A model generated the notes under the pieces. That model saw only the letters and a program-made list of their open reading frames with translations, was not told the origin of the DNA and did no database searches. Made by a program: the position numbers and the translations under genes. This document shows positions 1-11,770 of a stretch of 23,685 nucleotides of DNA, in pieces. Numbering within the stretch: the first letter of the stretch is position 1; every line of letters begins with the position of its first letter. The stretch is from Anaerolineae bacterium (GTDB lineage Bacteria > Chloroflexota > Anaerolineae > Aggregatilineales > Phototrophicaceae): positions 1 to 23,685 of the forward strand of contig DAOTWP010000327.1 of assembly GCA_034435675.1 (NCBI GenBank). The letters run 5' to 3'.

Positions 1-209
1 TGTTCCTCGCCGGCAGCGGCATAGGGATCGTTGGCATGCGCGTCCACCGGGTCAAACGTCACCTCGGCATCGGTTAGCCCGTCAAGAAATTCGAGCAGCG
101 TGTTGACGCTGTGGTTGGTGGCAGCGCGCAGATCGTCCACGCTGAACTGTGCGGCAAATTCAAGATATTTCTGTTTACCTTCACGAATGGGCGAAAAATC
201 AATCTTCAT
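1..209 (-). CDS. Hypothetical protein, N-terminal part only; start codon at 207-209 and the gene runs off the left edge of the window
   Basis: Reverse-complement translation reads MKIDFSPIREGKQKYLEFAAQFSVDDLRAATNHSVNTLLEFLDGLTDAEVTFDPVDAHANDPYAAAGEE... with no stop before position 1. A strong SD (GAGGAG) sits 7 nt upstream of the ATG. The overlapping plus-strand ORF 31..288 is Ser-rich low-complexity. Not in the ORF track because no stop lies inside the window. Confidence 0.5.
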   Translation of the reverse strand, partial: MKIDFSPIREGKQKYLEFAAQFSVDDLRAATNHSVNTLLEFLDGLTDAEVTFDPVDAHANDPYAAAGEE

Positions 210-363
210 CAACAACAGCTCCTCTACAGGCGGTCATCAGTTGGGGTGCATGATCTGTCATGCGCCCTTGAAGCGGGGGTATGCATAAATCTTTCGTGTG
301 GAGCGCGTTTTCTCAGCGAGCACTTATTAGAATAGGCAGGCGAACCCCGCCTGCGGCAGATCG

Positions 364-372
364 TGCTAGAAT
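364..372 (+). promoter_or_regulatory. Putative extended -10 promoter element (TGcTAGAAT) for the small-protein/HNH cassette
   Basis: TGCTAGAAT is about 30 nt upstream of the ATG at 403, with an AAGGAG SD at 388-393. A second TAGAATAG copy lies at 328-335, and a 7-bp GC hairpin (gcaggcg/cgcctgc) at 336-354 sits between the two copies. Sequence pattern only. Confidence 0.25.
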
Positions 373-402
373 AGAATTGTTAATGACAAAGGAGTATTTC
401 GA

Positions 403-657
403 ATGTCCGTCGCACAGGAGAAAACGGTATCCGACGTAGTGACCGACTTTCTTGGTTCTGCCCCTGCGCTGCATGAAATCGCCGCCTATCGTTTACCGGA
501 CGACTTGCAGCAGCGCGCGCACACACTGCTGGACAAAAACCGCGAGGGCACACTTTCCGCAGAGGAACGTGCCGAAATGGAAGAATTCCGCCAGATTGAC
601 CACCTGCTGACGCTGATTAAAGCAAAGGCGCGGCTAAGGCTGAAGGCGCAGACATGA
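403..657 (+). CDS. Small (84 aa) acidic, predicted all-helical protein; first gene of a two-gene cassette with an HNH nuclease
   Basis: ATG has a good SD (AAGGAG, 9 nt spacing). The protein is MSVAQEKTVSDVVTDFLGS...LSAEERAEMEEFRQIDHLLTLIKAKARLRLKAQT. Its stop overlaps the start of the next gene (ATGA at 654-657). Confidence 0.7.
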   Translation: MSVAQEKTVSDVVTDFLGSAPALHEIAAYRLPDDLQQRAHTLLDKNREGTLSAEERAEMEEFRQIDHLLTLIKAKARLRLKAQT

Positions 658-1085
658 GCAAAGCCTATATCAGCACTGCCCTCCGCCGCGAGGTGATTGA
701 TCGGGCAAGGGGCTGCTGTGAATACTGTCGGACCGCAGCAGCAAATCGCGGCATTGAGTTTGCAATTGATCATGTGATTGCTGAAAAGCACGGGGGACCG
801 ACGCACTCCGCGAATTTGTGCCTGTCTTGCTTCTGGTGTAACAGCTTCAAGGGCAGCGACCTCAGTTCGGTGGATTGGGACGCTGGTGGCGCGATTGTGC
901 CCCTGTTTCACCCGCGCCAGCAGCAGTGGCGCGACCACTTCCGGTTGGAAGGTGTGCGGATTACAGCCCTTACACCAATGGGGCGGGTGACGGTTTTTCT
1001 GCTGCAAATGAACGCGCCTGAGCGCATCAAAGAACGTCGGCTGTTGATGGCACTTGGGGACTATCCGTGCAAATCAGCACCCTGA
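654..1085 (+). CDS. HNH endonuclease (143 aa)
   Basis: Classic HNH zinc-finger nuclease signature: C-x2-C (CCEYC) ... DH ... H ... N ... C-x2-C (CLSCFWCN). Start is translationally coupled to the upstream small ORF through the ATGA overlap. Confidence 0.75.
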   Translation: MSKAYISTALRREVIDRARGCCEYCRTAAANRGIEFAIDHVIAEKHGGPTHSANLCLSCFWCNSFKGSDLSSVDWDAGGAIVPLFHPRQQQWRDHFRLEGVRITALTPMGRVTVFLLQMNAPERIKERRLLMALGDYPCKSAP

Positions 1086-1252
1086 TAACCCTGCCTGTGC
1101 TGCCAGCCCGTGTAGCTACCGGCATTGAACGATGTGCACACTGCATTTGAGTACCCTCCTTTGGCGCGTTCCCCTGCTTCGTGCTACACTTCACAAGCAT
1201 TGGCGCTATACCCGTAATGTTCCCTGATGCTTGGTTTTTGAAGGAACACCCT

Positions 1253-3343
<2,091 letters not shown>

Positions 3344-3406
3344 CCGGCACAGGCGGCAGCACAGGGCAAAACACCCCTGGCTTGCTGCATCTCGCCTCCC
3401 CCTCGC

Positions 3407-3450
3407 TAGTCCACTTAGTACACCCAAAGGGGTGTGTACTAAGTGGACTA
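3407..3450. repeat. Near-perfect 19-21 bp-arm inverted repeat (tagtccacttagtacaccc / gggtgtgtactaagtggacta) between two convergent genes; possible bidirectional terminator or protein-binding palindrome
   Basis: The arms are AT-rich, which is atypical for this GC-rich window. The loop is about 3-4 nt. There is no flanking T-tract on the plus strand. Location is 60 nt after the stop of the Fe-S protein. Confidence 0.5.
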
Positions 3451-3543
3451 ACGCGAATAGGGGCAGCCCGGTAATAGAAACTGGCGAAAATGAACCATCT
3501 CCAAAGTGGTTCGACGCCGCGACAGCACAGATTGGTCGCTTCA

Positions 3544-3577
3544 CAAAAACAGGAGACGCAGCGCTGCGCGTCTCCTG
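3544..3577 (-). terminator. Rho-independent terminator of the flotillin gene
   Basis: On the minus strand there is a 10-bp perfect stem (CAGGAGACGC/GCGTCTCCTG) with an 8-nt loop, followed directly by TTTTTG. It lies about 25 nt after the flotillin stop (3601). Confidence 0.7.
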
Positions 3578-3600
3578 ATGTGTTCAAGTGTCCTACACCG

Positions 3601-5454
3601 CTACAACGCGGTTTCGTCAGCGCTGCCAACCGCAGCTTCGGGTTTACCGTTGCTGCTGGACGGCTGGCGCACCTGCCATGCTGTCGGGTCGTTCTGCATC
3701 TGCTGGCGCAGGATCAGTCCCAGCAGCGCATCAACCACAGAACCGCCCTTGCCATCGCCACCGACCAGAATCTCCGGGATAATGCGCACGCCGCGCTCGC
3801 CGACAATCTGCATCAACTGCACGGCGGTGTAGCCTTCCATGCCCATCGCTTCTGCCCCGGCATGATAGGCATCTGCCTGCGCTTCACCCCGTGCACGAAT
3901 CGCCTCTGCCTCGCCAGATGCACGCAGCTTGATTGACTCTGCCTCACCCTGCGCATGTTTGATCTGCGCGTTCGCCTCAAGTTCCGCAATATTCACACCG
4001 CGCTCCGCCTTGACGATTTCACCCTGCATATCAGCAATCGCGGTTTCACGCACAAGCTGCTGGCGCTGGGTCTGCGCTGCCTGCTGCACCTCGAAGGTCT
4101 TTTTCTGCTCCTCGGCAATCTTGCGGTCCGTCAGCGTCTGCATTAACTGCGCGGGTGGGTTGATATTGCCGATCAGCGTATCAATCGCCTGCACATCATA
4201 TGCCTGAATGGCGCGGGTGATGTGTTCCGCTGCCTCGCGCTGGCGTTCGCTGCGGGCGCTCAGGAAGTCCAGCACCGTGTACGCCTGCGCCGCGTTGCGG
4301 AAGTAGTTGCCGACAATCGGCTGCAAAACATGGTCCACCAGATTTTGTACTGACCCCACGCGCGAAATCACTTTGGGCGCATCCAGCGCGCCGACATGAA
4401 TCACCTGCGCCACGTCCAGATCGAAGCCGAAGCCATCCCGCGAACGCACGGTGATGGACGACAACCGCGAGTCGTAATGGTGTTCCTCGGTGCGGTTTGC
4501 CCAGTTGAGCACGATGTTCGTCGTCGGCACCAGTTCCACGCGCATCACGCGGGTGTTGATCGGGTGCTTACCGGGATACAGCGGGGTCGCCCACACGCCT
4601 TTATGCCCGATATTGACCAGATCGCCATGCTTGAACTCTGTGCCGCTGACATCCTGATGCGCCTTGCCGATGAACGAAATGACTACCCCGACAGAGCCAA
4701 TCGGGATTTCGGTCATAGGAACCTGCTCGACGCGCACAAACCAGGGATTCAAATTCCACGACCCGCTGAGCAGCACCTGTTCCTGCAAGCCGCGCTGCCC
4801 ACCGCTGGCTATGAACGCCTGTGCATTCTGGAAATTGTCGTGCGCCGCCAGGAACAATCCGGCGATTTCGCCTTCGGCAATCGGGCGTCCATCCAGTGTG
4901 GTGACAATGCCCACCTGGTCGGGCTGCACGCTGTAAACGCGCAACTGTTCCGGCGTCATGCTGTGTTCACGCCCGTTCTGCGCCGTAATCACCGTAAACA
5001 GCGCCTGATTGATGCGATATGCCCCCGCCGTCAGAATATCGAGCTGGCGTCCTTTTTCGCCGCCGTTGTGCAGGAATTTGCGTGCATTCTGGAAGTTGTC
5101 GCTGTCCACCACCTTGCCCAGAATACGCTCCGGCGGGATTGACGCGCCATCTGCCGCCACCACCAGTGCGATTTCGCCCTGCGGCACGACAATCACCGGC
5201 ACTTTCTGGACGATATAGCGCCAGGTGAAGAACCCCAGATGCCAGCCCGGCGGCAGCGTGTCCGCCTGGTAACCTGCCTCGCCGTCCAGCGCGACCAACT
5301 GCCCGTCTGGCAGGCGTTTACCAAAACGTTTGATGACAATGCCAACCTGGCGCTCGGTGATGATCACCAGCCCCAGAACGATACCGGGCAGCAGCACAAT
5401 CGCCACAGCAACCAGCGCGACCAGAATCACAATCGGAATCAGAAATTCAGGCAT
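3601..5454 (-). CDS. Flotillin-like SPFH/band-7 domain protein (YqiK/FloA family), 617 aa
   Basis: N-terminal TM anchor (MPEFLIPIVILVALVAVAIVLL). An SPFH core follows. A long Ala/Glu-rich coiled-coil region (AEEQKKTFEVQQAAQTQRQQL...EAEAIRARGEAQADAY) and a flotillin-type C-terminus follow. The start was moved to the ATG at 5452-5454 (AAAGG SD) because the track ORF begins with a Cys-rich extension. Confidence 0.8.
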   Translation of the reverse strand: MPEFLIPIVILVALVAVAIVLLPGIVLGLVIITERQVGIVIKRFGKRLPDGQLVALDGEAGYQADTLPPGWHLGFFTWRYIVQKVPVIVVPQGEIALVVAADGASIPPERILGKVVDSDNFQNARKFLHNGGEKGRQLDILTAGAYRINQALFTVITAQNGREHSMTPEQLRVYSVQPDQVGIVTTLDGRPIAEGEIAGLFLAAHDNFQNAQAFIASGGQRGLQEQVLLSGSWNLNPWFVRVEQVPMTEIPIGSVGVVISFIGKAHQDVSGTEFKHGDLVNIGHKGVWATPLYPGKHPINTRVMRVELVPTTNIVLNWANRTEEHHYDSRLSSITVRSRDGFGFDLDVAQVIHVGALDAPKVISRVGSVQNLVDHVLQPIVGNYFRNAAQAYTVLDFLSARSERQREAAEHITRAIQAYDVQAIDTLIGNINPPAQLMQTLTDRKIAEEQKKTFEVQQAAQTQRQQLVRETAIADMQGEIVKAERGVNIAELEANAQIKHAQGEAESIKLRASGEAEAIRARGEAQADAYHAGAEAMGMEGYTAVQLMQIVGERGVRIIPEILVGGDGKGGSVVDALLGLILRQQMQNDPTAWQVRQPSSSNGKPEAAVGSADETAL

Positions 5455-5987
5455 GTTGAGATACCTTTGGGGGGAAAAGCAGCCCCTACACCCTCTCGAA
5501 ACTACACACAACGAGTATGAGCAGCACACTCACCGGTGCAGCGTGCGTGCGCAGGTGTGCCAGCATGGTGTACACAGCAGTAGGGGGCGGTTTCAGCCGG
5601 AGGGTGTACGCAGCGGGCACAATCTGCGTGGGCGCAGTCTGTTGCACAGCATTCATCATACGCCCGGATCAAATGCCTGCGTCCCCCCAGATTTTAGGGG
5701 GCGGCGTGTGCCGGGCGCTGAATTTACGTTTCTAACCGCCCGCTGCCAGCACCGCCCGCCACAGGCAGCCACGCCGCCAGCGCTGCGATCCCCGGCGCGC
5801 TTGTTGATGCCTTGGCGCGCCATGCCCGGCGGCAATCCGCAAGTGCCAACCTGCAAAAAACACTGGATGTTTGTCACATTGCGACTGCTCTTGCACCAGG
5901 CGTAAACTTGACGCAGCCTCACATCGAGGTCATAGCCCACAAAAACTAACCCGCAATTCAAGGCGGCAGGTTTGACTTGAGGAATAT

Positions 5988-7298
5988 ATGGGAGCCAAGA
6001 CAGCCAACCAGACAGCACCACTCCAGCGCGGGCTGGTGTATCGCATCGGCATCGGGATTCTTACACTATTGTCTATTCTCGTCGTGTTGATCAGTGCGCT
6101 GCCAGTCGTGCTGCTGTTCTTCATTACCGCCGTGCCCGTCTGGATCGCTGCGCTGCTGGTCATCGTGGATGTCGGCGTCATCGTTGCGCTGTTCCGCACA
6201 GGCAGCACACCTTTGAAACTGGTCGGCGCACCTGCCGCGTGGCTGCTGGTTGCCGTGCTGGCGGTTTTCCTGTCACAGCAGTTCGCCATGACACCGCCGA
6301 TTACGGACGCCGCCGGTAATGTCGTGCCCGGCAGCATCGCCACACTGGAAACTGTCGAACTCAACGGCAGTCAGCAGTGGATCAGCATACGGGGACACAG
6401 CAGCAGTAACCCGGTGCTGCTGTTCCTGGCAGGGGGTCCCGGCGGCAGTGAACTGGCGATGACGCGGCTGCACCTGCCAGAACTGGAACAGCATTTTGTA
6501 GTCGTCAACTGGGATCAACCCGGCACTGGCAAATCGTACAATGCCGTGCCGATTGCCGACCTGACGCCGCAGCGGTACATTGAGGATGGCATCGCCCTGA
6601 CGGAATATCTGATTGACCGCTTCGGTGTCGATCGCGTCTACATTCTTGGTGAATCGTGGGGCAGCATCCTCGGCATCTGGCTGGCGCAGGCGCGCCCTGA
6701 ACTGTATCACGCCTTCATCAGCACCGGGCAGATGGTCAACACCACCCAGACGGATATCGCTGGCTATGAATTCGCCATCAATTACCTGATGGAGTTAGAC
6801 CGTGTTGATCAGGCGGACGCGCTGCGCCGCCAGGGACCACCACCTTACACCGGTCCGGGCATGGCACTTCAGTACAACAGCTTCCTGAATGTGCTGCACG
6901 GCTATATGGCACGCAACGCGCCGGGCGAAGGTCATGAAAATAACCTGATGTTCGACTCGCTGGGTGCGCCGGAATACGGTCTGCTGGATAAATTCAACTG
7001 GCTGCTCGGTCTGGTCAACACATTTGAACAGGTGTATCCCCAGCTTGCCGACCTCGACTTTACGACACAGGCAGCCCGGCTGGATGTACCGGTCTACTTC
7101 GTCAAAGGCAGTTGGGATGTCAACGCGATGTATACCTTCACGCAGGAATATTATGACATCCTCGATGCGCCGCACACGGAATTGATCTGGTTCCCGAACT
7201 CCGGGCACACCCCGCTGTGGGACTCGCCTGCTGCATTCTCGGACGTGATGATTAATACCGTACTGCCGCAAACCCAGGGTGAAAACACCGGCAACTGA
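5988..7298 (+). CDS. Membrane-anchored alpha/beta hydrolase, proline iminopeptidase-like (S33 family), 436 aa
   Basis: GAGGA SD before the ATG. About 100 aa of TM helices, then an a/b-hydrolase fold with the nucleophile elbow GESWGS and the conserved LFLAGGPGG and GH motifs. Confidence 0.7.
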   Translation: MGAKTANQTAPLQRGLVYRIGIGILTLLSILVVLISALPVVLLFFITAVPVWIAALLVIVDVGVIVALFRTGSTPLKLVGAPAAWLLVAVLAVFLSQQFAMTPPITDAAGNVVPGSIATLETVELNGSQQWISIRGHSSSNPVLLFLAGGPGGSELAMTRLHLPELEQHFVVVNWDQPGTGKSYNAVPIADLTPQRYIEDGIALTEYLIDRFGVDRVYILGESWGSILGIWLAQARPELYHAFISTGQMVNTTQTDIAGYEFAINYLMELDRVDQADALRRQGPPPYTGPGMALQYNSFLNVLHGYMARNAPGEGHENNLMFDSLGAPEYGLLDKFNWLLGLVNTFEQVYPQLADLDFTTQAARLDVPVYFVKGSWDVNAMYTFTQEYYDILDAPHTELIWFPNSGHTPLWDSPAAFSDVMINTVLPQTQGENTGN

Positions 7299-7364
7299 TA
7301 CAGCAGCCGCGCCTTTGCCACCGACTCTACACCAGACCTGGCGGCTGTCTGCTGCGCAGCACCA

Positions 7365-9413
7365 TCAGCGCAGTGCCAGCGTTTCGACCGGCATCTCGCG
7401 CAGCACCGCCCGCGCGGGCAGCCATGCCGCCAGCGCCGCGATCACCGGCGCGCTGACCAGCCCGACCAGCCCTACGCCAGACGCCACCTGTGCGCTCGCC
7501 AGTGCGGTCTGCCGCAGATCAAGCTCCACGCCGATGCTGCTGCCGCCGTAGGTCAGCACAATCACGATGACCACGCCCAGCCCCGCCAGAAAGCCGATCA
7601 GCCCGCCCACAACACCCATCAGCGCCGCCTCGCCCAGCAGCACCCGCCGGGTTTGTGCCCGCGTGGTGCCCACCGCGCGCAGCAGCCCAATCTCGCGCCG
7701 CCGTTCGTCAATGCTCATCAGCATGGTGTTAACCACGCCAAACGCCGCCGCAAAGGTCGCCAGCAGCAGCATGCCATTCAGCGCCGTGCTGATCATGCCA
7801 ATCGCGTCACTCAGCACAACCAGAAAGCCGTCCAGCGGAATCAGGCTGAGTTCGGGGAACTCTGTTTGCAGGGCGTGCAGGTCAGCCAGCAGCGCGTCAT
7901 AGTCTATGCCGACATGCGGCACGACCAGCACCAGCGCCGGGTTCATTGTCGTCAGGTCGTCGCGTCGTGTCGCGCTGATGATCGATGCGCCCGCCGCGCT
8001 CATCCCAATGCCCACCACCTGGCACGGCACCGGATCGTTCAGCCCGGTAAGCATGATGGTGTCGCCCAGACCGGCGTTGTTACGCGCGGCAACTGCCGGG
8101 GCAAGCAGCAGCCCACAGCCAGCGCGCATTACGGGCAGCGCCGTCTCCCAGTTTCCTTCGGTGAACGTAAACAGCGCCGTGTCAACACTGCGCAGCAGGT
8201 CAGCATCCGCCATATACGAGAAATAGGCGCTGCCCATAAACGAGACTTCCGGCACGATCACAAAATCAATCGGGGCGAATTCTGCGCGCCCTTCCACCGT
8301 GCGCAGGGTTCCTGCCAGTTCGTCGTCGGTCAGCAGCACAGTATCCAGCCCGCGCCCGACAATCGTCCCCCAGCCGCTCATAATGTCAATGCGCGTCACA
8401 AACATCGCCTGCTGCTGCGCCGCGCGCTCCATCGTAATGCTAAAACCATGATTAAGGTAAAACTCAAGAAATCCGGTCAGCGCCACCAGCACCAGCACCG
8501 CCAGCATCAGCGTAACGACCGTCAGCGTCACCCTGCCGCGTGCCCGCTGGAGGTTATCGCTGATCAGCCGCCCGGAAGCGCCGTGCAGCAGCCTGCCCGC
8601 CGCGCGCGCTGTCAGCCCGATCAGCGCGGGCAGCAGCAGCAGCAGCGCCACGAACCACACCACGACCACCAGCAGGGTCAACAGGGCATCCAGCGGAAAG
8701 CGCACCCATTCCCCCGGCGGCGCAAGCAGCACAATGCCAAACACGCCGACCAGCAGCCCCGTGCCCAGCAGCGTTCGCCCGCGCCCGGCAGATTCTATGC
8801 CTGCCGCCTGCGGCTCGCGCAGGGCATCCAGTGGGGCAACCCGCGCCGCACGACGCGCAGGCAGCAGCGCGGACAGCGGTGTGACCACCAGCCCCAGCAG
8901 CACGGCGATAATCACCGCAGGCAGCGTGGGCGCAGCAGCACCAAACGCCACCATGGTGCCTGCCACCTGTTTCATAAAGGCAATCAACACCTGCCCAACT
9001 GGCGTACCGAGCAGCAGCCCCAGCAGCGTACCTGCAAAGCCCAGTACAAGCGCTTCCGCCAGAATCACCCGCGTGATCTGTGCGCGGGTCATGCCCAGCG
9101 CCCGCAGCCCGCCAATCTGCTGGCGGCGGTGCGTGACAGACATGCCAAAGGTGTTGAAGATCAGGAAACCGGCTGCCAGCATGATGATCATGCCGATGAA
9201 CAGCATTGCCGGGTCCAGCATATCGATCATCCCTGCCACCAGTGAGCGCAGCTCATCGGAGAGCAGCACCCCGCTGCGCAGCGCTTCGACGATCATGCTG
9301 CCCGCCATCGTCACCGCCACGCCCAGTGCCACTGCCAGCAGCCCCAACAGGGAGCGCAGCGGGTTAGCGCGCAGGCTGCGCCAGGTCAAGCCATAGATTG
9401 AGCGCATCATCAT
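7365..9413 (-). CDS. ABC transporter permease with duplicated FtsX domains (MacB/LolE-like efflux permease), 682 aa
   Basis: There are two blocks of 4 TM helices, each ending in an FtsX-type motif. Large extracytoplasmic loops follow TM1 and TM5. The gene lies immediately downstream of an ABC ATPase gene on the same strand (10-nt gap). Confidence 0.75.
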   Translation of the reverse strand: MMMRSIYGLTWRSLRANPLRSLLGLLAVALGVAVTMAGSMIVEALRSGVLLSDELRSLVAGMIDMLDPAMLFIGMIIMLAAGFLIFNTFGMSVTHRRQQIGGLRALGMTRAQITRVILAEALVLGFAGTLLGLLLGTPVGQVLIAFMKQVAGTMVAFGAAAPTLPAVIIAVLLGLVVTPLSALLPARRAARVAPLDALREPQAAGIESAGRGRTLLGTGLLVGVFGIVLLAPPGEWVRFPLDALLTLLVVVVWFVALLLLLPALIGLTARAAGRLLHGASGRLISDNLQRARGRVTLTVVTLMLAVLVLVALTGFLEFYLNHGFSITMERAAQQQAMFVTRIDIMSGWGTIVGRGLDTVLLTDDELAGTLRTVEGRAEFAPIDFVIVPEVSFMGSAYFSYMADADLLRSVDTALFTFTEGNWETALPVMRAGCGLLLAPAVAARNNAGLGDTIMLTGLNDPVPCQVVGIGMSAAGASIISATRRDDLTTMNPALVLVVPHVGIDYDALLADLHALQTEFPELSLIPLDGFLVVLSDAIGMISTALNGMLLLATFAAAFGVVNTMLMSIDERRREIGLLRAVGTTRAQTRRVLLGEAALMGVVGGLIGFLAGLGVVIVIVLTYGGSSIGVELDLRQTALASAQVASGVGLVGLVSAPVIAALAAWLPARAVLREMPVETLALR

Positions 9414-9423
9414 GGTATACCCC

Positions 9424-10173
9424 CTAAACGTCCAGCGCGGTCATCACTGCCGCAACGGTCTGCGTGCGGGTTTTGTCCCCGGCTGCTTCTTCCAGCTTCA
9501 GCGTGTCCACAATCTGCCCGTCCTTGAGGAACACGACGCGATCCGCCACTGCCGCCGCGTGGTGGTCATGCGTGACCATCACCATCGCCTGCCCATGTTC
9601 GTCACAGGCACGCCGCAGCAGGTGCAGCACTGCCTCGCCGGAAGCGCTGTCCAGATTGCCGGTGGGTTCATCCGCCAGCAGCAGACGCGGCTGCATCACC
9701 AGCGCGCGGGCAATTGCCACCCGCTGCTGCTGTCCGCCGGAAAGCTGGTGCGGCTTGTGCTGCGCCCGGTCCGCCAGCCCCACCAGCGCCAGCAGTGCAT
9801 TCACGCGGGCATTGTCCGGGCGTTTGCCATCCACCAACAGCGGCAGCGCGACATTTTCGGCAGCACTGAGCGTGGGAATCAGGTTGAAAAACTGGAAGAT
9901 GAAGCCGATCTCACGGCGGCGGGTCACGGTCAGGGCGTCGTCATCCAGCGCGGCATAGACCTTGCCGTTCAGGCGGATGTCGCCCTCCGTGGGGTGATCC
10001 AGCGCGCCCAGCAGGTGCAGCAGCGTGGATTTGCCACTGCCGGAGGGTCCCATAATCGCCACGAACTCCCCGGCGCTGGCGCTGAAATCCACCCCACGCA
10101 GCGCCTCGACGGTCACATCGCCCATGCGGTAATGCTTGCTCAACCGCTGCGCTTCCAGAATCACGGTCATCAT
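9424..10173 (-). CDS. ABC transporter ATP-binding protein (MacB/LolD-type), 250 aa
   Basis: Walker A GPSGSGKST, ABC signature LSGGQQQR, Walker B LLLADEPT and an H-loop (VTHD). The start was set to the ATG at 10171-10173 (AGAGAGG SD, 6-nt spacing) rather than the track start at 10209. Confidence 0.85.
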   Translation of the reverse strand: MMTVILEAQRLSKHYRMGDVTVEALRGVDFSASAGEFVAIMGPSGSGKSTLLHLLGALDHPTEGDIRLNGKVYAALDDDALTVTRRREIGFIFQFFNLIPTLSAAENVALPLLVDGKRPDNARVNALLALVGLADRAQHKPHQLSGGQQQRVAIARALVMQPRLLLADEPTGNLDSASGEAVLHLLRRACDEHGQAMVMVTHDHHAAAVADRVVFLKDGQIVDTLKLEEAAGDKTRTQTVAAVMTALDV

Positions 10174-10197
10174 GCACATCCTCTCTGCTGGCAGACG

Positions 10198-10242
10198 CGG
10201 CAAACACAACGGGGCGACCTGACAGTAGAAATTGGTCGCCCC
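10198..10242 (-). terminator. Probable terminator hairpin downstream of hisS (minus strand)
   Basis: 9-bp GC stem (GGGGCGACC/GGTCGCCCC) with a 14-nt loop, followed on the minus strand by GTTGTGTTTG, which is U-rich but imperfect. It lies 70 nt after the hisS stop. Confidence 0.4.
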
Positions 10243-10310
10243 GGAATGTTCATATTGTATAACGATTCTTGCAGGTGATGCGTAAATTTGACGATTTGTG
10301 CGCTGTGGCG

Positions 10311-11669
<1,359 letters not shown>

Positions 11670-11736
11670 CGCTTTATCCCTTTGTGCCATGCGGCTGTGC
11701 CCTGTAGCATGCAGCCTGTAGGTCGCGGTTGCTTCA

Positions 11737-11770
11737 GAAAACAAAAAGCGCGAACCAACGTCCGCGCTTC
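11737..11770 (-). terminator. Intrinsic terminator-like hairpin + U-tract on the minus strand, about 70 nt upstream of the hisS start; terminates transcription coming from the NYN islet or acts as a leader attenuator
   Basis: Minus strand reads GAAGCGCG-GACGTTGGTT-CGCGCTTT, a 7-8 bp stem with a 10-nt loop, followed by TTTTGTTTT. Confidence 0.55.

Noticed and set aside
31-288. Plus-strand ORF 31..288 (85 aa) and ORF 111..335
   Set aside because: Ser/Thr-rich low-complexity translation with no RBS. The opposite strand carries a much more protein-like ORF with a GAGGAG SD (called as 1..209, minus).
1181-1252. 24-codon N-terminal extension of the Fe-S protein ORF
   Set aside because: No SD. The ATG at 1253 has AAGGAA upstream and the first TM helix begins right after it.
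3500-3525. tRNA-like GGTTCGA (T-loop-like) string
   Set aside because: No flanking T-stem complementarity, acceptor stem or anticodon arm. An isolated 7-mer match only.
7653-9245. 530-aa plus-strand ORF antisense to the FtsX permease gene
   Set aside because: Arg/Gln/His-rich nonsense composition, a typical high-GC shadow ORF. The minus-strand gene has clear TM helices and ABC-permease architecture.
9412-10278. 288-aa plus-strand ORF antisense to the ABC ATPase
   Set aside because: The minus strand has Walker A/B motifs and the ABC signature. The plus ORF is compositionally junk.
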